From Camelus ferus (taxonomy: Eukaryota), in assembly GCF_009834535.1 (NCBI RefSeq), contig NC_045696.1:101124001-101188000 (forward strand): DNA of 64,000 nucleotides, written 5' to 3'. Below the pieces are notes generated by a model that did no database searches, was not told the origin of the DNA, and saw only the letters and a program-made list of their open reading frames with translations. A program made the position numbers and the translations under genes. Shown here piece after piece: positions 39,971-51,780 of this stretch. How positions within the stretch are numbered: position 1 is the stretch's first letter; each line of letters opens with the position of its first letter.

Positions 39971-40325
39971 TGGTGTCAATTTTCCTATATTGGACTCATT
40001 CTAAACCAAAAGAGGCCATGATACATCTTGACTAGATTTGACTCATATTCCAAAAGTAGTTTTGCCTTTCCTGCCACTAATACTTCAACCAGCACCAGTA
40101 TCCAAGAACTTATACAGTGTTTGACCCAGCAGCTGTGTTCTGTTTAACTTCTCAATGAGCCAGGAGACCTACTTTACAGGCAAGAAAGGACAGTAAGGGG
40201 GCATGACAACGGGACCTACTGTTACTATCACATGCCACACCTCCCAGAAATTGTCAGCCTGAAAGAGTGGCTGAGCAGCTAACTGAGGGCACAGCTAGGA
40301 TGCCAGCTTACAGATGATACCCAGG
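39971..40325 (+). pseudogene. Degenerate ERVL-class integrase core fragment
   Basis: Hand translation WCQFSYIGLILNQKRP*YILTRFDSYSKSSFAFPA...IQELIQCL / SQETYFTGK / YHMPHLPEIVSLKEWLSS*LRAQL aligns with the remembered ERVL integrase (WQVDYIGP...LTGIDTYSGYGFAFPA...SDQGTHFTAK...YHVPHHPEAAGLIEWWNGLLK). Contains stops and frameshifts. Confidence 0.8.
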
Positions 40326-40334
40326 GGTATGCTA

Positions 40335-40745
40335 ACTTTTCAGGACTAAAGCACTCATCTTCTAGCAGCTAAGGGAGTATTAATGGCTGAAAGTTTTCAA
40401 ATGAGCTTGCACCTCTCCCCTACCTCTGCCTTCTCACCCCATGACTGACATGACTGTCAGTAGGTGAAAAGAGTTTTCTCAAGGACATGTCTCCTCTTCC
40501 AAATACTGGTGATGAAAAGGACTAGGGGCTGGTAACTTATCCACCAGATGGGACAACAGTTGATCATTCCAGCTCCAAAGTTCCCCTTGGGATTGGCTAA
40601 GTCCTTTGTTGTGTCTGCCTGGCAGCACTTACCAATCCTGCTTTCTCATTTGTCTGCTCGTATTGACACTGAGCACATTCCTCAATAAAATCCCTGCCTG
40701 CAAATTTTTATCCCATAGTGTGCTTCCTTGGAAATGTGACCTTCA
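40335..40745 (+). mobile_element. ERVL LTR (LTR16-like)
   Basis: gactaaagcactcat ... ccagctccaaagttcccc ... cctcaataaaatccctgcctgcaaat ... tgcttccttggaaa. Confidence 0.7.
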
Positions 40746-41689
40746 TTAATCCCCTACAATGGAGGTTGGGAAATGTAGCCTTTATGGTTGGTGGCAATGT
40801 ATCTAACTAAAAATAAGTGTTCTAACTAAGGAAAAATAGTATCATAGTTATTGGAAATCTTTCACTGTCACAGTACTCTAGTGCATCTCTAAAATATAAG
40901 ATTTTTATGAGCAGGAAGTTTGTTTTCCACCATCATATTGAAATTGAGAAATAGAAGGTGTTCTATAAATATATCTTTGAACAAATAAATAAATAGAAAC
41001 TGATATTATGTATATCTATATATACATATATATGTATTTTTTTTTTTACTTACAATGTACCCACAAGTATGACAGAATTAAAACAATGAGATGATGATGA
41101 AGATAATGGTGGTGATTATGTTTCACTATTTGAGCCAGAGAGACTGCAAAAACTAAGAAAAGACATGATAAGCTCCATGCTGTAGGGAAAAAACTTCTTT
41201 TTAAAGCAAACATGGTAATTCATGTATAACATTTTTCACCTCAAGTTATTCATGCCAGGATACGTGACAAGGCTCCAAATATTCAGAGAAACATCAGTTA
41301 ATCATCAGGTTTGTAGCTGCCTGCAATTCAATGAAGCTTTTTCTTGCCAAAGGTGATTCTGTTCCAATAGAGTTTGCAGCAAGAAAAGTAGTAATAGCAT
41401 AAAAAAGAAAAACAATCAGATTTTCAATCACACCCTAATTCAATTTCCATATTTTTGAAAACCCGTTCTCATCAACATTAACAAGTAACCCTTTTTTTTT
41501 TATTTTTGTAACTGGAATTGAGTAAAATGTTAGATGGCATTATTATAATAGCATTTGTAAGCCAAAAGTACAAAATAAAAATAAAAGGAAAAGTTAATAT
41601 GAAATTTCCAAAGCTGGATGTTTTTCAAATTTTCTTACTTATTAATTACTTTCCCTTCTGCCTTATGAAAATATCTCCACTTTAATACA

Positions 41690-42145
41690 GGTACCATAAT
41701 GGCCAGTCCCAACAATGAATCACATTTGGCTCATCATTAATCAGCTTCCCTGAAGAATACACTCACTTGGAGCTAATGGCTATATGACAGGGTTCTGCCC
41801 AGTGACCCAGTGAAGGAAGGCCTACTAGGAGGGTGTCAGGAAAAAAAAAATCTTCCAGAGAAAATGGGACAGGAGTGCAAAGGTGGCTTATTTGTGTTAT
41901 TTCATCCCTCTTTCCTTAATTGCTATAAAAATGTAATATTTGGAGGTAAAAGAATTATTTTGTGTTCCATGACAGAGAAAAAAATCACTGAGATGTCAGA
42001 CTTTTGTTCTATCATTGAGCTGAAAAATAAACCCTAGATCTACCTCTTTCTGGATTTCCTGTTAAGCAACCAACAGATATCATAATGGGTTAAGTCAGAA
42101 CTGCTCAGATCATTATCACTTGTCCCCAGACACTCCCATAATTTA
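41690..42145 (+). mobile_element. MaLR LTR (MLT1J-like)
   Basis: atcattgagctg...ctacctctttctggatttcctgtt ... gttaagtc ... tcacttgt resembles the MLT1J 3' half. Confidence 0.55.
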
Positions 42146-42147
42146 AA

Positions 42148-42312
42148 ACATTTACTGAGAGTTTACTATATATCAAGCAGTATTTAAGTGACTTATATGC
42201 ACTAACTACTTTTCAAGACAATCCTTTAAAGTGTGTAGCATTACTATCTTTATGTTACACATGCAGAATGAGCTGAAGAGAAATTGCCCAAGGTCCCACA
42301 GCTAGTAGATGG
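42148..42312 (-). mobile_element. MIR SINE
   Basis: aacatttactgagagtttactat ... ttgcccaaggtcccacagctagtagatggt. Confidence 0.8.
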
Positions 42313-42314
42313 TG

Positions 42315-42900
42315 AAGAAAAATGAAAATCAAACCATTCAAAGACTTTTCAGATACACAAAAAGTGGAAGAATTCATATGCAGTGGATATGTATTACAAA
42401 AATGTTAAAGGAAGTCCTTCAGCAGAAGGAAAATGATCCCACGTGGAAATCTGGTTCTATGCAAAGAAACAAAAAAATCCCTGTAAATGGTAACTACTTT
42501 GACATAAAGGTAAGATTTTTTTCTTATTAATCTCTTTCAAATGTAATTGATATTTAAGCAAAAATAATTAAAATATATGTATAAAGTAAATGGTATGGCA
42601 GCAGTAGCTCAAGGTCAGGATGAGATAACTGAATATATACTGTATGATTACATTTACATATAATTCTAGAAAATTAATGTTTTCTATATGATCCACAAAT
42701 CCATATGGTGAACAAAGCAGATCAGTTGCTGACAATGCAAGACAGTACAGAGTAGTGAGAAGGGAGGGTTTATAAAGAGACACCAGAAAATTTATGGGGT
42801 GATTTTTTGACAAATGAATATATATGTTAAAGTTTATCAAATTATATAAATATGTACAGTGTATTGTGGGAAAATTATACCTCACTAAAGCTACCGAAAC
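42315..42900 (+). mobile_element. Old L1 fragments (ORF1 end joined to 3' UTR)
   Basis: acaaaaatgttaaaggaagtccttcagcagaagg (ORF1 end) and aagcagatcagttg...aaattatacctca (3' UTR). Confidence 0.7.
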
Positions 42901-44194
42901 AAAAATGAGTAACAATAAAATAATAGTAATAATAAAAATAGCAGTGATAAGAATTCTCTCAATCTTCCACCAATTAAGCAGGTAAAATTAAAAGTCCCAT
43001 TATAAGTAATCTCAAAATGATCAATAATGGACTTCCTTCTTAATCTTATATTTAACAAAAGTATCATTTTTAAAAATTCAACGAGGAACAAGTAGATAAA
43101 GTGAATGAAATCTCTTCTGAGGAATTTCATTACATTTGGATGGATGCAGAGTTGAAGTATTAAAAACCATGTCTATACAGGTATAAAGTAGCAATAGAAA
43201 TAATAAAGTTAAAATGTAAAAACTGGAAATAATTGCTGCACCTCAGGTTCAGAGATCAGGCAATTGTTGAGTGGAGTGAAAAGGACTGGGAAATTTTTTC
43301 TCGACATCTGGAGGAGAATTTAGGTAGCTGTGGAGACATACCCATGGGTGTGGATACACTAAGTTGGATGAACACATATTTGAGCATAAATCTTTTTCTT
43401 TTAATTTAGTGAAACCAAATATTTAACATATTTCAAATAGCGCAATTTAAAAATATATCACAAAAAAGAAAATTTATAAAAATACGAACATCAAACACAA
43501 TTGTTTTAGTATAAATTGGCAGATAAAATAATGTTATTTTGAAAAGAAACTAACATTCCAGCATCTAAAGTGCTCTCAGGACTCTATGATGATTATTATT
43601 CCCAGAAGCAGCAGAAGCAGCATTATTTTCACAGTAGTTCATTAGAATTTCTTTCCTCTTGTGTCTTGTGCTTGGATTTTGTTGGCGGGGGGGCTCGTAT
43701 TTTGCTAACCTATCTGCCTTAAACCTTGAATAGACAGATGTGTAGATTCAATTTCCTTCTACAGACATGGAGTGGGAATGGGACTACAAACCCAGGCTAC
43801 ATTCTAATTGATCGATTTGGAACTTTCCAAATCATGATGGTAATATTAATTCAAATCAAAGAACATTGTGTGACAGTAATCTGTCACAAATTGTTAGGGG
43901 AAAGTATTATTGTGATGGTTTTGGTCATTTGTCATTTTCTCACTTGGAGCATCAGCTAGAATTGAAAGAAAAGTTTAGCTTGTTTTGTCAATGGGAAGTC
44001 ACTTTGCTTTAAAAAAAAGTCTAACTATCTATTTACATCTATATCTACATATTACATTCATATATATGTGTGTGTATGTTTTAAGATATGAATTTTTAAG
44101 ACCACACTTTTAAGTTAAGGTGTATCTTTTCAGAGTCTCAGTTTTACTTGGGATGTCAGGTTATCTTTCTCATTCTATTAGGGTAAGAAAATAC

Positions 44195-44520
44195 TAGGCT
44201 AAGACCCATGCTCACATCCCTCACAAGCTGCTAACATCCAAAATCCGTTTCCTGCATTTGACAGCTGCCTACAGGGCAATTTCAGCTCCCTGGATTGTTT
44301 ATCAGTTTGCTTGCAGATTCCTTTGTGAATGTGTGTGTTTGTGTGTGTAAGGGGAGTAGAGGTGCAGGTAGAGGGAAATTCTTGCAAATTTCTTATGCTC
44401 CCTTTGAGTTTGCAGTTTGGCAAGTCATTTAGAAATATTTTTGTTGTAGTTTGTCCAACCTCTAGGTGTTTTGTGGCAGGAGAAGAAATTTGCCTTGCTG
44501 CCCAGAAACGGAAATCTGCC
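44195..44520 (-). mobile_element. Ancient L1ME/HAL1-like 5' end
   Basis: tagaaatatttttgttgtagtttgtccaacctctaggtgttttgtggcagg...cagaaacggaaatc resembles reversed 5' termini of old L1/HAL1. Confidence 0.5.
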
Positions 44521-46233
44521 TTGGCAGGCTTTAATTTTTTAAAGTACATATGAAAAAGAGGAAAACAATTCTTACAGAAAAACAAGTCATTCTTATTTAA
44601 CTAGATGACCCAAGAAAAAGAAAGCAAAGAAACTATATATATATATTTTTTTTTTCCAAGTTAATGTTTCAAGATATGACATTCATGTGATCTAACTAGT
44701 TAGTTCCTGGTTTTCACTCTTAGCAGAATCTTATTCATTGTTCTCCTTAATTTTATTTTAAGCCAAGTTTCTCCTACATACATTTTTAATTCAGATACGC
44801 TTTTAGAAAAACACATGGAACAATAATCATTAGCTTCAATAAAAAATTAGTTAAGTAGGAATTTTCTCCCTGTCTTTTCACAAATTTGCAGAACTTCCCT
44901 TAGAAAACTTATGAGTCTCACTATTTAATTTTTTTCTACATTGACTAGAATTTTTTTATTTCCTCTCATAAATCTAAAGTAGAATTGAATGCAGAAAAAC
45001 AGAATAATACAGAACAGATATACTGGCTTTGTTATTTTCTCAAGAGGGAAAATAAAAATGTATTTTTGAGCTCATGGAAATTCAGGCTTTTAGTTTTACA
45101 TATGCCACGGGATACCTTCAGAGCAGTCAATATGGTGCAAACATGTTACTGCTCGCTGGTAATGTTAAAAAATAAAAAAGCATCTGAAAATGACAAGTTT
45201 AAAGGATTCCAGTAGAGATCTTGAAATCCAATATAATTTTGCCAACCTCTGAGAAACTTATTTAAAATTTTACAACTAAAAATAGCTATGGATTAAGTGT
45301 CCTACAAAGTGGATTCTTCTTCACGTACAAGAACCAAAGACTTCAAAGCAGGAGAAGGGCAGACCAAAGTATCATGATTTAAGAAATGAAACAGTAAGCA
45401 GGAAAAACCCAATCACTGATTACATTTAAATCACATTAAGATGGCATTAGATTTCTCAACAGTTGACAAGCCTGGTAGAGAACACTGTCAACATATTTAT
45501 GATACTATAATAAACAAGAAAGATGGGAAAATAATATATTTTTAGCAAAGTGCTCATTTACACATTTTAAATAGCAAGGATGAACATAAACAAAATCAAA
45601 TTTCAGTTCAATTTCACAAGAAGGGTTTTGCAGCCAAGTGTTGCATCCTGTGTTCTCGGGTACAGTTAAACCACCACAGTCAGTGTGAAAGATTTTCATC
45701 AGCACAGAGTCAGAGGTGACATTATGCTGTCTTTCAGTGCCCAGTACTAAGGTGTTTAAAAATCCTTTTGCTGTGCTCAGCCACTGTTTCAGAATGGCGG
45801 TGAGGCTCACAGAAATAGCAGGATGCTGAACTGCACATGTTGGAGCATCTGGTTTCAGAATACCTGTGATCTTGGTAAATAAGGAACTCCCATTGAGTAA
45901 TGACCACCATAGGTAATGAAAACCCCCTTTAAGCACCAAGCATGGGGTCCAGTCCTGGACTGTGGGCAAAGCATCACCTTGGCCAGCGGGGCCTGACGCA
46001 GGTCTAAGAGTAGGCAGCTCACGGAGCACGTGTGTGGTCAAGTGCAGTCTAAGCGTCATGCTGTCAGTAGCCACAGGCCCCACACAGAGGCGCGGCTCAT
46101 AAATCAATGAATAATCCTCATGTGTGCTCACCATGAAAGACATTTGTAATGAGTCATTGATTTTTTCATCCAAACCCAAACTGAAAGTAGTAATCACTGA
46201 CCCTATTGCTTTATTGAAAATGTACATATTCAA

Positions 46234-46561
46234 CAGACATAGAAAATAAACTTATCATTACCAGGAGGGAAGGGGGCTGGAGGGATAAATTGGAATTTCA
46301 GGATTTGCTGATACTAACTACTATATCTAAAATAAATAAACAATAAGATCCTACTGTATAGCATAGGAAACTATATTCAGTATCTTATAATAGCCTATAA
46401 TGAAAAAGAATAATAAAAGGAATATATATATATATATATACAAATATATATACATATATATACACACATATATATACATATATATACACACACACAGCTG
46501 AATCACTATGCTGTACGCCAGAAATTAACACAATATTGTAAATTGATTATATTTTAATAAA
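46234..46561 (+). mobile_element. 5'-truncated cetartiodactyl-type L1 3' end with internal (TA)/(CA) microsatellite
   Basis: cagacatagaaaataaactt ... cctactgtatagcataggaaactatattcag ... ctgaatcactatgctgtacgccagaaattaacacaa; degenerate TSD aaaatgtacatattcaa / aaaatgcatcttcaa. Confidence 0.9.
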
Positions 46562-47322
46562 AAAATGCATCTTCAAACTATCAAGTTTTTAAATAGATCA
46601 TTTTACCTAAAATACCTGAGAAAACACTCAGTTTCTCTAAAGTATGCTCAAACACATCATGGAAAACTAACTTTCACATACCCATTTCAATATTTTTGAA
46701 TATCTTACTGAGATGAAATAAAATAATGTTGAAAGTCTGATCAATATCCCAATTATCCTGTTATGGGAGCTACAGTGGGACATCATTCAAAAGTCAAATA
46801 TTAATTAACTAAAAGACAGCTTAGCTTTCAAGGGAAGGCATCCCAAAATGGGAGGCTTCATGTGAGGGAATAAAATTCACTTCTGTATAAAAATGATGAT
46901 TCACATGTCCTGACAGCGAAAACTTGAGTGTTCCTAAAATCAGAGTAGTTGGTTTTCATGGGGCATTATCACCACCCATGGATTTGTATGTTTATAATAG
47001 CACACGCTCCTATAAAGTATGTATGTTAAAACAAAAGATTTTATTAAAATGCAATTACTTTAACACATACAAGGAGATTTTACCAACTAACTTTCCCCTT
47101 GTCTTTATGACAAAGAGCTGTCTTAGGTGGAACCCGTTCTTGTTATAAATTTTTCCTGGTTTTCGTGGAATATTTTACCAAACTGTTCCGATTTCAGAAC
47201 AGATAAATTGAGGTGAAAACATAAGCCTAGAACTTAGCTCCACCTTTATCATTATTCTGAGGGGCAATGTGTTTTCTCACTTAAAGCCTTTTCTCTCCAA
47301 GAGATATTTTAAGGAATCATCC

Positions 47323-47746
47323 TGTAAAAGGGAAATCAAAATGGAGTTGGTATTGCTAAGAGAGCTCTCTAAGGTGGAGCAGGGAGGCCACTGAGGAAGT
47401 GTGACTTAGACACATTTCAGCCTAGATGGAATCTGAACTTTTGCCCACTTATTGTCTAACAAATGCATCCAGCACATCTGCCAGAAACTCGGGATACTTG
47501 TAAGACCCTTACCCTAAAATAACTCATGACTGCCTCTCCCTTAAGGACAAATATTTCTCTTTCTCTTTTTTTTTGAATCAGAGTACAACCTTGTGGCTTT
47601 TGCCTTTATAAGCCCCCGACTCTTTCTGTTCCCCAAGACACTCTTTTGATTTTATCCAAATGTGTGTCTCCCAAATTGCAATTCTTAAGATCTCCAGATA
47701 AAACTCTTTTGCTCTTTGCAACCTCAATACTGACTATTGCTGAACA
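47323..47746 (+). mobile_element. ERV1-class solo LTR, intact ends
   Basis: TGT...ACA termini, perfect 4-bp TSD ATCC (47319-47322, 47747-47750), TATA-like ctttataag, degenerate poly(A) signal agataaa. Confidence 0.85.
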
Positions 47747-49037
47747 ATCCTCATTAAGAATGTAAGAGTCTGAAACTTAGCAAACTACTTCGTGTATGGT
47801 CTACACCATAAAATCATTTGTTACCCACATTCTGTGCATATTCATCAGGGTTTATCCTTTCCTTCTTTCATGCTGTAACGTCACCTTTTACCAAGAACTA
47901 ACAAATGCATTTCCTTGTGAGGAAAACTGACCTGGTCCACTCACCACTTAGTAAGTTGTTTTGCAGACATTTGACACTTGACATTTCACTTTCACTAAAT
48001 ACTGGTTGACATTTAATATACAATAGTGTGAAAAGGGGAACAAATTTGTAAGTCAATTTTGCTTAGTAAATGAGCTTATTCTGAATTGTAAATGCATTAG
48101 GCTTTCTGATGATTATAGTAATTTAAACATTAATCACTGATATTTTATGAGAAAAAAGCTTACATGATCAAAGAAAGAAGTTAATTTCAGTTATTTGGGG
48201 AGATAAAACATGATTCATTATAAGTTTGACTCAAGTTTTCTCAGCAAGTCACTATTTTGACCTTTAATTTTAAATTTAAAAAAGAAAGAAAGAAGTCTCA
48301 CAGAAACAAAACCCTCTCTTAAAAGATTAGACAAGAGTATTGTGATGGAACAGAGAGGGTGAAAAAGCTTTAGTCCTCTCTTCCACATTCTCCTTAGTTT
48401 AATGCAAACACCACAAATAAAAACACAACCAAAGCATTGTGTTTTTGTAGAGATGTAACTTCAAGACAAGTAATTCAGCCATTCCTTGCAATTTGACTGC
48501 TTCTTTAAGCCTCTTCTATATAGAAATTATGCAGCTATCACTGAGGATAGAACACATATTTCCTTTGGATTTAGATTTTTATATCTATTAAGATGCTTAG
48601 GATGCAATTAATTTCTGATAGTATATTGAGTTAAAAAAACGTAAGGTATATGAATGTAGAGAATGAAACCAGTTAAAAATAGTAACTAAAGCATCTACAC
48701 ATTTCTTATCACTTTCATCAGAATATAGTAATTCTCGAAAGTAATGCAAAATTACAAGTAGAAAGTAGAAATAGGAAATGCAGTGATAAAAAGGAGAATA
48801 CTTTTGAAGACACGTGAACCTGACTCTACATTGGAAAATAGAGTCACTACTCACACTTTTTGTTTGACTTTGTTTTTGTTTACTATTACCTTTTGGCAAT
48901 ACATAAAGAAAATCTTCAGAGTATATATTATACCTGTCCAAATAAAGGCATTGACCATATTTTTTTCTAAGATGTAAACTGCCTAAAGATTTTTCTTTCT
49001 TTCTTTTGCGTCTTTTTCTAGAGATACCACAGAATTC

Positions 49038-50035
49038 TGCAGGGGAGCAAAATCTGCACTCCAAAATGTGTCTCTTTGGTACTGAGACAGGAGGGATGGG
49101 GCCAGGTCACAATCACTGAAGGAAAGACACAGCAACTGAGGACAAGAAAACTGGTTAGAACCAAGATGGTGGAAGGTTCAACTCCCAGTAGACCTTGAGC
49201 CTCATGGCACACCCACAGGCACTGTGACAGTTCCCAGGCTGACCATAAAAGGTCCTTTTGGACCTTTTGGACCCTGCACTTTGTGTTCGCTCTCTCTCTT
49301 GCCTTTTGAGATAGCCTGTACTCTGTCTATGAAGCATGCATCTAATTCTACTTTAAATTAAACACCCCTACACCTCTTGGCCTCTCTCCCTCTCACCTTT
49401 TGAGATGGCCCACACTCTGTCTGTGGAGTGTGTATCTCTCTAAATAAACTTGCTTTCACTTCACTACGCCTGGCTTTTGAATTTTTCCCTTCGCAAGGCA
49501 GGAACCTATTCTCCAGCAACGGTATGAGAATTACTTCAAGCTGAAAACAATTAAGGTCTGAAAGACTCAAGAAGAACCTTTAACCTTCCCTTTAACTGCA
49601 TAAAAGAATGTAGATAGAGGACCTGTTCCAAGAAGGGAGCTATCACCATAGATAACTATAGTATGAACTGAGGTGCGTAGACAGGAAGGAATCTAGCAAA
49701 GTCCATTAAAATTCCTCTCTGTGTCTCAGTCTCCACATGGCCCAGCGAACATTTATTCACATTGTTATCTCATCTCTATGTGAATTGCCTTCCTCCCCTT
49801 TAAAGTCCCAAACCACTACCTCCAACACCCTCTTTTATCTTTTGCTAAAGATGGCATTTAAGGTGAGGATTTCAGCCATTTTGGCAAGTTATTTAGTCTT
49901 TCTGGATCTCTCCCATGTATACATGTAATCAAACTTTCAATTTTTTTCCTGCTAATCTGTCTCATGCCAGTTTAATACTTGGACAAGCCAGAATAACCTA
50001 AAAAGAAGTAGAGAAACACTTCTTCCTCCCTGACA
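49038..50035 (+). mobile_element. MER34-like ERV1 solo LTR split by a nested LTR
   Basis: Start tgcaggggagcaaaatctgcactccaaaatgtgtctctttgg resumes at 49522 (gtatgagaattacttcaagctg); ends cttcctccctgaca; flanks attc/gttc. Confidence 0.85.
49083..49521 (+). mobile_element. Nested MER41-like ERV1 solo LTR
   Basis: Begins tgagacaggaggg; contains ccaagatggtgga, ctgaccataaaagg and taaataaacttgctttcact; near-TSD gtac/gtat. Confidence 0.75.
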
Positions 50036-50264
50036 GTTCTCTTTGTTAATTCCTATTAAAGGAACTCTTATGTGTTCCATCACTATAGTTTTCTTTTTCA
50101 CAACAAGAAACGGAGCGGGGGCAGTCTAAATATTTAAGGGTTGGTTACTATGGAAATATAAAGGGTACAAAATTGACCCAGAAAAATACGAACATTTGGA
50201 AGCTATTGTTAAATTTAAAATATGACCCAAGCACCATGCTAGATGCATAAGGAATGCAGTAAAG

Positions 50265-51780
50265 GCAATGAGTATTTCTGGAGTGCCTCCTCTGGGCCAG
50301 GCACAGGTCTTGGAACAACCAAGAACAAAAAGGTCAAAATCTCTGTTCGCATAGAGAGTATATTCTAGTTAGAGGAGACAGAAGAACGATAAATAGACAA
50401 AAGCACAATCTTAGCCTAGTGCTGAGTGATATATAAAGAAATTAGAAAGAGTGATGTAATAGAGAGCCACTGAGTGACTTCTTATAGTCACCTGAAGAGG
50501 TGACATTTAAGTCAGCACATGAATAATGAGAAGGAGCCAGCCTTGTGAAGGTCATAGTGAGGACCTGTGTGAGTCAACCTTGCTTGGTAAGTAAACATGT
50601 TCAGAATTTGGAATTCACAAGGCTTTCTGGTGATGCTTGCAGTTTAAACATTACTACTGATATATTTGAGAAAACGCTCATACAACCAAATTTGGATGGA
50701 ACAGCTTTTGCAAAATCCATAAACAGACCTCAGCTCAGTAACACTGAAAAAAGTCTAAAGAAAGCCACACTCATAAAAGGATGCTGGGCAAGGTAGGTCA
50801 GCGGGTTGAGTTTCAAAGCAAAGAGGTAGATCATTTAGAGCTTTGTAAGCCAGGATAACAAGTTTAGATTTTGTTTTAACTTTCAAAGGAAGCCATTGGA
50901 ATTTTTAGAGCAGAGAAGTGACATGATCTGATTTACATTTGAAAATATTACCTTGTCTATTTTATGGAAATTCTACTGCAAAAAGATCAAAGGGTGGTAA
51001 GCAGGGAGCAGAGAGTTGAGTTAGGAGGATACTTCTGAGAACAGAGTTGTGCTCTTTATTAGAATAGAACAGAATGAGGTAGAACAAATTTACAAGGAAA
51101 AATTCAGAGTTTTATATTGCCCAACACGTTTAAGATGCCATTTAGACAATCATGTGAAGATGGCAAGAAGGCAGTCTGGTATATGACTGTAGGATTTCTG
51201 GGAGCATTTTGCACAATGAGGTTGTTTAAAGTCATTGGACTAGATAGATAATACAACTTACGTACACTGTGTAGACAGACAGAGAAGAGAAATTGGCCTG
51301 GGATAAAGCTCTGACTTATTTCAACCTATATTATAGTCAAGGAGGAGGCATCAGCCAAGGAGAATTAGAAGACAATTCTAGTGAGGTAAGAAGAAAATCA
51401 CCTAGTGTGTATTGTCATGAAAGCCAAGCGATGGGTTGTTTCAAGAAGACTGACAAGGTGTTAGGTTTTTTCAGTCATTTTTCTAAGTGAAGGAAACAGA
51501 GAAATGGGCAGTAATATGGAGTAAATGTGGGGTTAAGCAAGTTTTATATATATATGTATTTCCTATATATATATGATATGATATATATATATATATATTA
51601 TAGGAAATGTTAAAACATGTGTATACTGATGGAAAGGATCCAGTGGAGAAGGGGGCAATATAAGGGAGATGGTAAATGCCAGATAAAAACTTTGAAAACG
51701 TGAGAGTGAGTAGGACCCACAGTCCCACTGGTGGTGTTGGCCACTGAAGGAATCAGGGTATCTCCTGCTTGCCAATTAAG
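50265..51780 (-). mobile_element. Long LINE-2 fragment
   Basis: Colinear reverse L2 blocks: gagtgcctcctctgggccaggcac, gaggtgacatttaag, ggaagccattggaatttttagagcagagaagtgacatgatctgatttacattt, gttgtttaaagtcattggactagat. Confidence 0.85.
51546..51602. repeat. Imperfect (TA)n microsatellite
   Basis: Seen directly in the sequence. Confidence 0.9.

Noticed and set aside
44199..44585. 128-aa ORF
   Set aside because: Lies in an old L1/HAL1-like 5' segment with a GT repeat.
48597..49064. 155-aa ORF
   Set aside because: Starts inside an LTR, low-complexity AT-driven composition, no recognisable homology.
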